A stretch of DNA of 59,443 nt, the filler included, from Squatina squatina (taxonomy: Eukaryota): assembly GCA_031763465.1 (NCBI GenBank). It is 3 parts of 3 records of this genome, joined end to end, with 100 filler letters (N's around TTAATTAATTAA, not from the genome) between each part and the next. Parts side by side here need not be neighbours in the genome. Positions count along the whole stretch, not along the records: positions 28,250 to 43,221 come from JARFOE010000176.1; positions 43,322 to 59,443 come from JARFOE010000115.1; 1 more part is not named here. One strand, 5' to 3'. The position numbers were made by a program, and so were the translations under genes. This document shows positions 38,107 to 49,142 of this stretch, piece by piece (position 1 is the stretch's first letter; every line of letters begins with the position of its first letter). A model generated the notes under the pieces. That model saw nothing but the letters and a program-made list of their open reading frames with translations. It searched no databases and had not been told where the DNA came from.

Positions 38107-40689
38107 NNNNNNNNNNNNNNNNNNNNNNNNNNNNNNNNNNNNNNNNNNNNNNNNNNNNNNNNNNNNNNNNNNNNNNNNNNNNNNNNNNNNNNNNNNNNNN
38201 NNNNNNCAACTTTGTCATCACAATCAATGCCCTAGGCTCAGATCAGCACAGATCAGGAATCAGATGTGGAACCTACCTAGATCTGTATTGCTCAGTTCCA
38301 CAACAGGTTACCCATTGACACAACCAATCGCTATTTTAAGATTAGCTCTTATCCTGTGGCCTAGACATACTGCTTGCACAGTGGTGACAAGACAAGGCAC
38401 TTTAAGGGGTAACTCCAAATTCAATTCCACCCCCACCTCCATTATTGTAGGCCTCCTACAAATTCTATTGGTTAAAAGAGCTGAGAAAAATCTGATTATT
38501 TACACTTAAGCTCAGTAACAGGGCTGAGATGTCACTCAGTCATGTTAATATTCTCAGTTGAATCAACTGCTCCTTAGCCATTCCCTGATTGTGTCAAAAC
38601 TTAAGCCTGATTTAACTGCATGCCTTGAATCATGCAGGTTAATAATCGAAGGGAAGCTCAACATTCCTCCAGCAGNNNNNNNNNNATTCAGCCAAGGTAC
38701 TATACACAAACCGTCTGAAGCAAACCGTCCCACAGGACTCTTGTATGAACTCTTCCAAAACCTAGTGGAGCAGCGGTACTGCCAAATCACCATATGAAGA
38801 CTTACTGACGCACCAGGAGGCTTGACTCTGGAGCCACTCCAGTTCCAATTTGTCCATCCTACTGTATATAAGTGGATAATTTAGCATAAAGACTGGATCA
38901 GTAGTCATTCAATCCTTTGTTATCATCAGTGTAAGTAGCATAAGTTAACATTACTGGATCTGTATCTGCTCACACTTTCAAGCTCATCCCTGTGGAGTCT
39001 ATTCACTGTCCTGGCTCACCTTCAGGCATTCCTTGAAGCATTACTGTATTACGGGGAAGAAACAGAACTTCACGGAAATAAGGTAGTAAGGAATTCAGAC
39101 CAACTTTGTTCACATTAATCTAGATCAACACCCNNNNNNNNNNNNNNNNNNNNNNNNNNNNNNNNNNNNNNNNNNNNNNNNNNNNNNNNNNNNNNNNNNN
39201 NNNNNNNNNNNNNNNNNNNNNNNNNNNNNNNNNGTCAAGTACAAAGTGCGTTGGAGTGGGTTGGTAAGACGCTGGAGTCGCAGCTGCATGTGGAATCTCT
39301 CCTGCAGTCAGGGCCTCCTCCTCCGCCCTCTCTGCACTGGACCGTTCAGTGCTGGACAATGTGCTGTGCACTGCATACAAGACCAATCTGTTTTATGGAT
39401 TCTGAGCAAGCAGCAGATGGGATCAGACAGTCAGTGATAAATGTTATAGGGCAATCCAACAGAGAAGCGTATTTTCTGTGAAGTGAGCTATAAATTACCA
39501 GTGACAGCTTGACTGTCTGGGTTTCTGATTAAAAATGGAGAGGTGAACATTGCCTACTGAACAGCACACACACACATTCCCATCTTTCACTGGGCCACGG
39601 TCAGGAGTTTCGAAAGCGCCAGACAGGAGAGCCGGCAGAGGAGCATTGAACCACAATGAAGGATAGGATGGTGTGATGGTCTGGCCGTTTTGGCACCGCC
39701 ACAGTGATTTGCATCTGTAGAATAGCGGTGCCTGGAGGTGGGCTAGAGTATGTTTGCTACACTACAGGTTCTCCTGCTATCATTCCTTGTGGCAAACCGG
39801 ATAGCACACTGTTTCAGAACAACNNNNNNNNNNNNNNNNNNNNNNNNNNNNNNNNNNNNNNNNNNNNNNNNNNNNNNNNNNNNNNNNNNNNNNNNNNNNN
39901 NNNNNNNNNNNNNNNNNNNNNNNGCAAAATATGAAAGTGTATAAGTACTTCCCACAATGTGTGCAGAAATATACCTTGTTTCTTCCTTCCTTCCCCTGAT
40001 AAGGTCAGATCTCCTGTCCTCTCACACCCACTGACAGCTGAAATCAGGCTGACCAAACTCATTTGTTTCCGGGATGTTTAGCAGCTAGAGGGAGCTGGCT
40101 TTCTTCCCACCAGTCTGGGCCTGATTCCAAACTGCGTAATACAGAGGTGAAAGGCTAATGCTCCAACCCACTGTGCCACCTGCTCCTTCCATCTCCTACA
40201 GTTAGGATCCAGTAAAAATTAATAGCTCAAAGAGTTTCAGTTAATGCTATCTGGGTCAAGTGAAAGACTTGTTTCATCGCTTCCAACCATGCAGCGTCTT
40301 CATTGGACTCCACGGAGAGGCGTATAATTGGAATGCATATGCAAATTATTATCAGTGACATGCTTTCTGAAGTGTAAAATGTCTAAATGTCTTTACTTTG
40401 TGAGTGCTGCTGGGAATCCAACTGGCCCCAAGAGGAAGCTTTCGTAATGGTTAAAAAAAAATTAAATGCGTGTAGAGTTTCATCAGCTTCGGCTCCATAT
40501 TTGCACTCACAAGACAGGGGCCGCAGGATGCGTGGGTTTGGGAGTTGGAAAAAGTCACTGGAAGCTGGTGCCGTAGGGGGCGCTCTTCTGAGGTGGGCCA
40601 GGGCACATTGCTGAGACATAGTGGAAAAAGTGTTGCTCTGCATCGAACTGGGGTCATGCCCTAGCCTGGGAGCACGTGATGCTGACACT

Positions 40690-41376
40690 GGGGGCGTCCA
40701 ACTCGTCTATTGTTCTGGCGTTAAACTGGTGCTAAATGGGCATTAAGGGCTTAATGCCGCTTTTGGGCGTTAAATTTAGCACTGCAAAATTCGTCCCCCC
40801 TTAACGCCGGCGTTAAATGGGCGTTAACCCCTTAAGGCTCAAAATACAAAGTTCAGCATTAGAGTGACTCAATGACGTTATCAATGGGCGCAATGCCCAA
40901 AATGGCCGCCCACTGTAGAATTCGATAAGGCTGCTGAGCCTTAAAACTAGCGGTGACAACGCCCCTTTTTTTGGGTGTTGACATGCCTCATCTAAGGATT
41001 TTCAATGCTAATGAAAGCACTGGGACTGGGCTTCATTCTCACTTTGCCTCCCAGCTCCATCTCGCGACTTTTCACTTTATAACCTCACTCTGAGACAGTG
41101 CTGACTTCTCTTTGGTTTGCCCTGAGCTTTGGCCAGCTTGCAGATATCAGCCCCAGTCACGATGGGTGCTGCACTAGTGGTCGAATGGCTACTCATCCGA
41201 CATCTCATGCACTACCTCAGATACAGAAGAAATGAGGCCAGGGCTGAGGAAGCAGCAACTCCTCAAACAGACCACCCAAAACAACCACCTGACCTCCCAG
41301 AGCCCAGTGCACCACTGGTGGCACAGCCCAGGCCACTGCAGCCTCCTCCTAGAGGGTGCAGGCCAAGGCCACCTTG
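40690..41376 (+). mobile_element. Harbinger element end plus start of the putative transposase ORF
   Basis: Subterminal ggcgttaa repeats; reverse copy at 15640-15935; ORF MGAALVVEWLLIRHL... with a Pro/Gln/Arg-rich N-terminus. Confidence 0.7.
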
Positions 41377-41476
41377 NNNNNNNNNNNNNNNNNNNNNNNN
41401 NNNNNNNNNNNNNNNNNNNNNNNNNNNNNNNNNNNNNNNNNNNNNNNNNNNNNNNNNNNNNNNNNNNNNNNNNNNN

Positions 41477-41710
41477 TTGGATTAGTGATGTGGATCCTGG
41501 GAGTGTATCGGATTGGTGATGTGGATCCTGGGTGTGTATCGGATTGGTGATCTAGGTCTTGGAGGTGTATCGGATAAGTGATCTCGATTCTGGGGGTGTT
41601 TCGGATGGTGATCTAGATATTGGGATTGTACCGGATTGGTGATGTGAATCCTGGGCGTGTTTTGGATTGGTGACTTAAGCACTGGAGGTATACAGGATTG
41701 GTGATGCTGG
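41477..41710. repeat. 31-bp minisatellite (about 7 units)
   Basis: ggattggtgatgtggatcctgggtgtgtatc units at 41479, 41510 and 41541. Confidence 0.92.
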
Positions 41711-41800
41711 GCCTTTGAGTGCACTGGATATTACTCTCTGGTATATGTCATTTATCATTGTGCATGCTGCAGTCAATGGGCACGCTGCTCTCATTCTTAC

Positions 41801-41945
41801 CAGGAGCTTCTGTAGGACACAGCTGAACCTCGCACGTCTCTTTTGCCTCTGGTTTTGTGGATGGATCGCATCCTTGTCCAACCTCATCTCCTTGGTAGCA
41901 TTTCACCTCCCGAACCTGGACTCCACTGCCACAGGTTTTACTGCA
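41801..41945 (-). CDS. ADAMTSL2-like exon (last TSP1 repeat before the PLAC domain)
   Basis: gcacag|CSKTCGSGVQVREVKCYQGDEVGQGCDPSTKPEAKETCEVQLCPTEAP|gtaag, 145 nt; cf. recalled ADAMTSL2 CTKTCGVGVRMRDVKCYQG...CPTEPP. Confidence 0.9.
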
Positions 41946-42728
41946 CTGTGCAGAACAAAGACTGCAGTTATTTATCAGACAGCACCAGCTGCAGGGTGCC
42001 GAATGCAACAGCAATCTATGGCTAGTTAAGGTGCCAATGCTCCATCAGTCGCACTTCAAAACAAAGTTACTTTCTTCTGTCACAGAGGGGATACTTTTTT
42101 TGCTCTCAAGATGAAGGGTCCTCGTGCCCAGGAGCAGGCCAGTTGCCCATTGTCACCATCAAGCATTCACTGCTCAAGGATAACACAAAGAAAACTCCCT
42201 CTGCACGGGTCCATCAATTACTTCCAGCTCAGATCCTGCAGGGGTTCGGTGCAGAATGCAGTTCCCTCATGACCACCCAATGAGACACTCCCAGGTCAGG
42301 CACAGAATAGGTCAGATGTGAAGTTCAGAACCCTCTACACTGTCCCATCTGACACCTCAGGCAGGGAGAGAATGAACTCGGTACTTTGTACATATATCTT
42401 TATTTTGACCCGATTATTTCCGTCAAGGGGACTGACCTGAGAACTCACAAATAGTGAATTGATCAACATTACAGGTTCACAGCTATTAATTTTATATTCG
42501 ATTTAAAATCATATGGTAGATTCAAATAATAGGTCTGTTGATACTTAGTTTGAAGGATCCTGAAGTGTGGGCCCCGGCATTGTGAACAGCCCTTTTCTGG
42601 CAGTGNNNNNNNNNNNNNNNNNNNNNNNNNNNNNNNNNNNNNNNNNNNNNNNNNNNNNNNNNNNNNNNNNNNNNNNNNNNNNNNNNNNNNNNNNNNNNNN
42701 NNNNNGCACATAAACAAAGCTGCATTAC

Positions 42729-42942
42729 CTCAGACCATTCCGACACTTCCCACTGCGGCCCGCACCCCTTGTTTTTGCAGAGTTTGCGCTCCACGGGTCT
42801 GGTCAGCTCAGCCGCTTCGCACAATTCATCATAAACGGAGCTGTCGAAACCAGGGGCGATCATCTTCCAGCACCGCACCGTCCTGAACTGGTAGCCTTCC
42901 CCGCAGGTCCGGGAACACTCGCTCCACCTGCTGGTCTCCCAC
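42729..42942 (-). CDS. ADAMTSL2-like exon (TSP1 repeat)
   Basis: atgcag|[44 protein letters not shown]...[12 protein letters not shown]|gtaatg, 214 nt; cf. recalled ADAMTSL2 [37 protein letters not shown]. Confidence 0.93.
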
Positions 42943-42999
42943 CTGCATAGCATCCAGAGAAAGAACACTGGGAGTGAGAACAACGTTAGGAAAAGAGGG

Positions 43000-43221
43000 T
43001 AAGGTGGAGCTGGGGAGCGTACCAGCCATGATGCAATTGAATGGCGGAACAGGCCCGAGGGGCTGAACAACCTAATCCTGTTCCTAAAATTCAAGGGCAA
43101 GAAATGGCCATTCAGCCCATCAAAGCACATCCGTCCAATTCCCCCAATTTTCTCATCACAGCATTCAACTATATCTGGAGTAATCTCAATGGGTTTGTCG
43201 CCAGTATTCTTTCTGGCAAAC
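43000..43221. mobile_element. Two CR1 3' ends, tail to tail (+ 43000-43086, - 43100-43221)
   Basis: cagccatgat...gaggggctgaa on +, then ggccattcagccc... on -. Confidence 0.7.
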
Positions 43222-43321
43222 NNNNNNNNNNNNNNNNNNNNNNNNNNNNNNNNNNNNNNNNNNNNTTAATTAATTAANNNNNNNNNNNNNNNNNNNNNNN
43301 NNNNNNNNNNNNNNNNNNNNN
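43222..43321. other. Artificial scaffold linker
   Basis: 44 N + TTAATTAATTAA (43266-43277) + 44 N. Confidence 0.95.
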
Positions 43322-43757
43322 AGTTGTGGTTAATGTGCAGGGCATGACTGACAAGTGCTAGGCTGGTAATACTGAATAAGCTGAATAATAATGAAAAGTC
43401 ATAAAGTGTTAGGAAACATTTTATACTTGAATCATTTAAAAGTTTTATAACCAGACCAGGCATTCAGTAGAATGTGCCTGATATTTTCCGCTGTTTCTTA
43501 GTTTTAACAAATCTGTAAATTCATTGTTTGCAAATGTGTTTACAGATGAGTTAAAACTAATGCACAAAGGAAAATTAGGCATTTATTTGACATTAATAAA
43601 CTTGTGAAGCATTAAGACTTCATTATAGTACAGGCCACATCTTGTGATGCTGTTACCTTGATATCTTCCACTACAATCAGCAGCCGTATATCAGGCCCTA
43701 ATTTGCAACTTCTCAGTTGTATAATTGGCCGATGACAACCCCTAGTGCATAACATCA

Positions 43758-43821
43758 AGGTGTCAGCCAGGGCCCAGTAATAGCACTCTTGTCTCTTAGT
43801 CATACACTGGTGGGTTCAAGT
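43758..43821 (+). mobile_element. Truncated tRNA-derived SINE head
   Basis: gtcagccagggcccagtaatagcactctt...gtgggttcaagt, with degenerate A-box and B-box GGTTCAAGT. Confidence 0.55.
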
Positions 43822-44136
43822 TAGGGTGATCAGATCGGAAGAGTCCCAAACCAGGACAGTCATGTGCAGCTTAGTCTCCACCAGGGCTGCACAGTCCGAT
43901 CTTCGGCGGAAAAGCACATGCGCGGTCCATTCTATGGTGGAACTGCGCATGCGCAGTCAGTTCTCCGGAGGAACTGTGCACGTGCAGTCAGTTCTTCGCT
44001 GTAACTGCACATGCGCAGTCGAGTGGGCACAAAAAACCGGGATATTTGAACCATTTTGGGGTAAGTGTCAGGACACCGGAACATTTCCTCACAAACTGGG
44101 GCTGTCCTGGCAAAACCAGCATGCCTGGTCACCCTA
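43822..44136. mobile_element. hAT (Blackjack-like TIR) non-autonomous element
   Basis: TIRs tagggtgatcag ... ctggtcacccta; internal actgcgcatgcgcagt-type palindromic repeats; no TSD seen. Confidence 0.8.
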
Positions 44137-46429
44137 AATGATGAAGTTGCTTCCTCTGTTATTTAGTGCATTGGATGTCTAGCTTTCTATGGCCTTTGTA
44201 GAAAAGGAACAGTGAATAGGGTTGCCAATTCTGATTGAACCTCCAGGAATACATCCAATCATGTGACATTGATCACATGACATTTGATCATGTGACTGTT
44301 ATAGCAGCTAGCCTTTGAATCATTGGTCAATTGGATTATGAGCGGAGGGCATAGATGCATCCCTACTCAGCCACATTAAAGATGGTAGAACAGATCTAAA
44401 TGATTTTAGTCCTAATATGTCTTACCTTATCATTTTTATTAGTCCAGGATGTTCAAGATTGTTGGGCAGGACTCCTCTCATGCTTATTTTAAGCCCAGGT
44501 GACATTGGGTACAAACATGAATACTGACTCACTCGATGTTTTTCATGACTGGTGATTTCACCATTTGAATTTGACAGTTATTTTCTGTTAATTTATTTTG
44601 TTTAAAAATATCTTTGGGTGAGCCATCCATCCATGAAATTCTAATTGTGTATCTCCTCTTTAAGGGGTTTCTCTTGGTTTATTTTGCTCAATCTAACACC
44701 AGATTACACTTTATAGGATACAAAATAGACCAAAAATGGAATGAATATACAATTATTCTAGAACTGTAGTCCTTCACTGCTCTAATAAACTAACTATAAA
44801 TAGCATCATCTGACACGGACACCCCTTTTATACTAAACAAAACTAAAAACTAGTTTCTGCTTCCTGTAAGTAGGGCAACCACACATATTGACATTTTTTA
44901 CAATGGCTATCACCAGTTCCAAAATGCTACATTTACTGGTGTGGACTGATCATTCTGATACATGATAATCAGCTGAGTTACCAAATTAAAAAAAGTTCCC
45001 ATTAAACACATAGCCACAGCTGTTGAATAATATTTATGGAAGCAGTCATGTGTGAATGGAAGGGATAAAATCAATTCACATTATGATGTAAAAATAATTG
45101 ATATATCACGTGCATTATGAGACACACATTATTCAAGCTGTTGTTCCATTAAGATTAACTTATAGTGCAAGTGGCTTCCCTCAGGTATCATATCTAAACT
45201 TTAAATAGGGTCAGTATTGTCACAATTATTCAGTGTAGTGCAACTACCAGATGAAGGCACTCTGGGAAGAGAAGGGTGGAATACTTCATTGATCACAATA
45301 ATTTTCATTACTATAATCCCTTTAATTCATTTTTTAAATTGGACATGAGTCAACTGATTATAGATGTTTCCTAGGTCTTTACTCAANNNNNNNNNNGTTC
45401 AAAGCTAATGCACTTACAGTTTAATTATTTTTTTTTGATTCATGCAGGCAAACTGTATGAGAAGATTGCCAGTTCTTAGACTAAATATACAATTAACAGC
45501 ATATGGAGCAAGATGCATGTAAAATGATGTGATCTTGTCTATTAGAAGCTCCTTTTTACTTCATTTATTTCTCACAGCTATTGAACAAACTCATATCTTA
45601 ACCATTCTCGATGAAAATGACACTACTTTACAAAAAGCACAGTAAGTTGAATAATATTTTGGAACAACATTGGAAAAATCTGAAGAAAGCAATTAATTTA
45701 GATTTTTGTGCATTAAATTCTTGAGTGGTGAATGTGTCCGGACAGACATTTTATGAGTTAAATATCCATTACAAGGACCAGGTACTTTCAATTCAGAGAA
45801 ATATTATGAATGGTAAAATGCAGCATATGAAAAAGCCAAAATGGCAGTGCTCTAGTGAGCCACAAAGAAACTAACACTACTTTACAATAAATACTATTGC
45901 AGAGAAACCAAGCATGACATCGTGGAAAAGTTATTTTAGATTTTCATCCCACAATGAGGATTTTTTCCCTCATAAGCACCATCAGGGGATATATTTTGCT
46001 CTGTATGCAAAGCTGTAAAGTTAAAGAAAAAACTCTGTTTTTACGGATAGTGCAGAATTTAATGACTGCAGCCCAAGTTAGTTTGCCATTGGGATGAAAA
46101 TAACAAAAAGTGAAAATTTGTATGTAAATTTATGTATTGAGAAGCAAAACAAATGGCATTTTAAAGCATAAACTTTGAAAATAATTCCCGAAAAGGCAAG
46201 ATGTAGAAAAGAAAAACTACATATTGAATTTTTTTTTCCCCAAGGTTAACACTCTAAACATGACTAAAATTTGGGAAAAGTCCAGACTAAAGTTAGGACT
46301 GTTTCTTATGAAGACAATTATTAAAATACAAGCAAAATTTGAAATAAGACAAGATTAAAACTTACATTTTAGACAAGAAAAATCCTGATTCATGATGCAA
46401 CAGTACAAGATAGGTTTCCCAACATAGCT

Positions 46430-46829
46430 TTCTGATATAATAGAATGGATTGCAGCTCCCTCTGTTACACACTGATTTAATAGCGGGGTTTACAGCTTCC
46501 TCTGTAACACACTCTCATATAACAGAATGGATTGAAGCTCCCTCTGTTACACACTGATATAATAGCGGGGATTACAGCTCCCTCTGTAACCCTGATATAA
46601 TAGCGAAGATTACAGCTCCCTCTGTAACCCTGATATAATAGCGAAGATTACAGCTCCCTCTGCAACCCTGATATAATAGCGAAGATTACAGCTCCCTCTG
46701 TAACCCTGATATAATAGCGAAGATTACAGCTCCCTCTGTAACCCTGATATAATAGCGAAGATCACAGCTCCCTCTGTAACCCTGATATAATAGCGAAGAT
46801 TACAGCTCCCTCTGTAACCCTGATATAAT
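46430..46829. repeat. 38-bp minisatellite
   Basis: tacagctccctctgtaaccctgatataatagcgaagat units at 46573, 46611 and onward; near-perfect toward the gap. Confidence 0.95.
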
Positions 46830-46929
46830 NNNNNNNNNNNNNNNNNNNNNNNNNNNNNNNNNNNNNNNNNNNNNNNNNNNNNNNNNNNNNNNNNNNNNNN
46901 NNNNNNNNNNNNNNNNNNNNNNNNNNNNN

Positions 46930-47870
46930 CCTGCAAAATGCACCTCCAGTGTCTGCAGCATGGCTGGTGGAAGGCTGCTGACTGTCAGTGGAGGAGACTA
47001 CAGATGGCCTTGCAGGATGAACTCGAGCAGATCTGGCCCTTGAAGGTCCGGCTGTAGACTGCACCAGCTCAGCATGGGCAGCAGCAGTCAAGGCTGACTG
47101 GCTGACAGGCAGAGTTCACTGGCAGAGTGGCAGTGTTGGAGAAGGAATGGGGTCATTCTGAGAGAGGACAGCAGGTTCTTGCTCCACGGAGCCAATGCCT
47201 CTCACCTGGGGCAGTGCCTCAGTATTCCTAGCCATCACACAGGAACACAGATTGCCGAATCGCTGTGACACCCTGCCACCATTTCGACACTTATAAACCC
47301 AGCCATGATGGCAGCAGTCTGAGCTTGGGTGGCAGCAAGCTGAGGCTGCAGTAGAGCAGTCTCTGCTTCTATTGCAGCACTGAGACGTTGGGTCGCTTCC
47401 GCCTGTGCTGCAATGGAAGCTGCGAGATCACCCATCACATCCTGCATCATGTTTGGGTCCACAAGTTCTCTCATGGAACTACCCACCCTGGAAATCATGG
47501 GCTCCAAGCTCTATGCAGAGCCCTGTGCAATGTTGGAGCTGGACTCCTCCATGCTCCTTGACACTGACAAGAGGCTCTCTGGCAGACTAGCCATTGCACC
47601 TAGCATTTTGCTGTGCATGCCCAGCAACCTTCTTCTGCAGACCTTCCCATCAAGGTCATCATTTGAGTCCTGTGCAGCAGAACTCCTGCGTAGCTACCCT
47701 TTCCCCCTCATCTGGAAGCCGCTCGTGGCCGGTGACTCACCATGTGCAGATCCTACCTCTATGCTACCCTGTAAAGTATGAACTGTGGCATTTTCTGAGC
47801 TGGTATCTGTATGTGTCAAATGCAGTGCTGATGTGTCTTCTTCTTCTCCTCCATCACACTCCTTCCCCTG
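46930..47870 (-). mobile_element. Decayed Harbinger accessory (Myb/SANT-protein) ORF C-terminal region
   Basis: GC-rich broken ORFs with an Ala/Gln coiled-coil-like segment LAASIAAQAEATQRLSAAIEA; family assignment is inferred. Confidence 0.5.
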
Positions 47871-48583
47871 NNNNNNNNNNNNNNNNNNNNNNNNNNNNNN
47901 NNNNNNNNNNNNNNNNNNNNNNNNNNNNNNNNNNNNNNNNNNNNNNNNNNNNNNNNNNNNNNNNNNNNNNACTACTGCCTTTTCTTCCCCTAAATCGCCT
48001 GCATAAGCTGTGGAACTCAAGTACATGAGAAATTGATGACATAAATCTACATCCTATTATATTGTTACAGCTTGTTTGTGCACTAACACACTTCTTTACC
48101 AGGAAGGTTTTACACTGTACAATTACTGACAGTGCAACAAAAAATGGATTGAACAATTACCACACAATGGGCTGCACTAGTCAACAGCTACACTCGAGTT
48201 ATTGCTTTTTCCTGCCACTAGAATTAAAACATCAAGATCAGAGTTAGTTGTTTAAAAATGCAGTTTCAAGACCATCTGCTCCTTGTATGATCATCTGGAG
48301 AGAACAGTTGGGTACAGCTCTGAATTGGAGCATTGCCAAAAAGCAGCAATAGAACATGCGAGAAAAGGTTCATAGATCCGTGGGCCAATAAGACACTATC
48401 AGTAACTGGAATGCTCTGAAATGGCCTAGATTTTGCAGTCAGCGCCGAACGAACAGTGCTCACCGTTCATTGCACTTACACGTGCCCACATTTTCAGTGC
48501 GACTTGCAGTAATTAGAGAGCTGAAGCAGTGCAGCACTCTTTACAGGGGATCTGGGACCTGTGTGAACAGGGCAAACAACAAT

Positions 48584-48923
48584 GGGCTGGATTTTACCAA
48601 CCTCAGCAGGTCAGTGGTGGGCGATGTCGATGGCGGGTCCCGGACCTGCTGCTGTCTCCATCCCGAACTCCGAAATGAATTTCCCCTGATTGGGCTTTGT
48701 AAGCCCACCTAGCGTGTTTCCCAGCCAATTAGAGAAAACGGGTCTGGTGGCGTCATTTGATGACGTGTTGTCAGCCAGTTTCCTTAAAGGGACCATGGCC
48801 AACTTTCTTTTGACATTTGTGCTGCCAGTGTTGTACAGCACTGAGTGCTGCAAACACTGACAAGCACTGCACAGAGGTGCACGGCTGCACCTAGGCTCTC
48901 CCATGACTACCTCCATATGCTTA
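48584..48923 (+). mobile_element. Harbinger end plus Myb/SANT ORF start
   Basis: Begins gggctggattttacc (Harbinger-like TIR); ends in AAPRLSHDYLHML, an APRFS..L..L-like motif. Confidence 0.55.
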
Positions 48924-49023
48924 NNNNNNNNNNNNNNNNNNNNNNNNNNNNNNNNNNNNNNNNNNNNNNNNNNNNNNNNNNNNNNNNNNNNNNNNNNNNN
49001 NNNNNNNNNNNNNNNNNNNNNNN

Positions 49024-49142
49024 GATAGTGCAGGAAAATGGAGTTGAGGTAGAAGATCAGCCATGATCTTGTTGAATGGCGGAGCAGGCTCGAGGGGCTG
49101 AATGGCCTGCTCCTGCTCCTATTTCTTATGTTCTTATGTTCT
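49024..49142 (+). mobile_element. Young CR1 LINE 3' end with (ttcttatg)n tail
   Basis: gatcagccatgatcttgttgaatggcggagcaggctcgaggggctgaatggcct...ttcttatgttcttatgttct. Confidence 0.93.

Noticed and set aside
46573-46829. 38-bp direct repeats resembling a CRISPR array
   Set aside because: Units are head to tail with no unique spacers, there are no cas genes, and the context is vertebrate.
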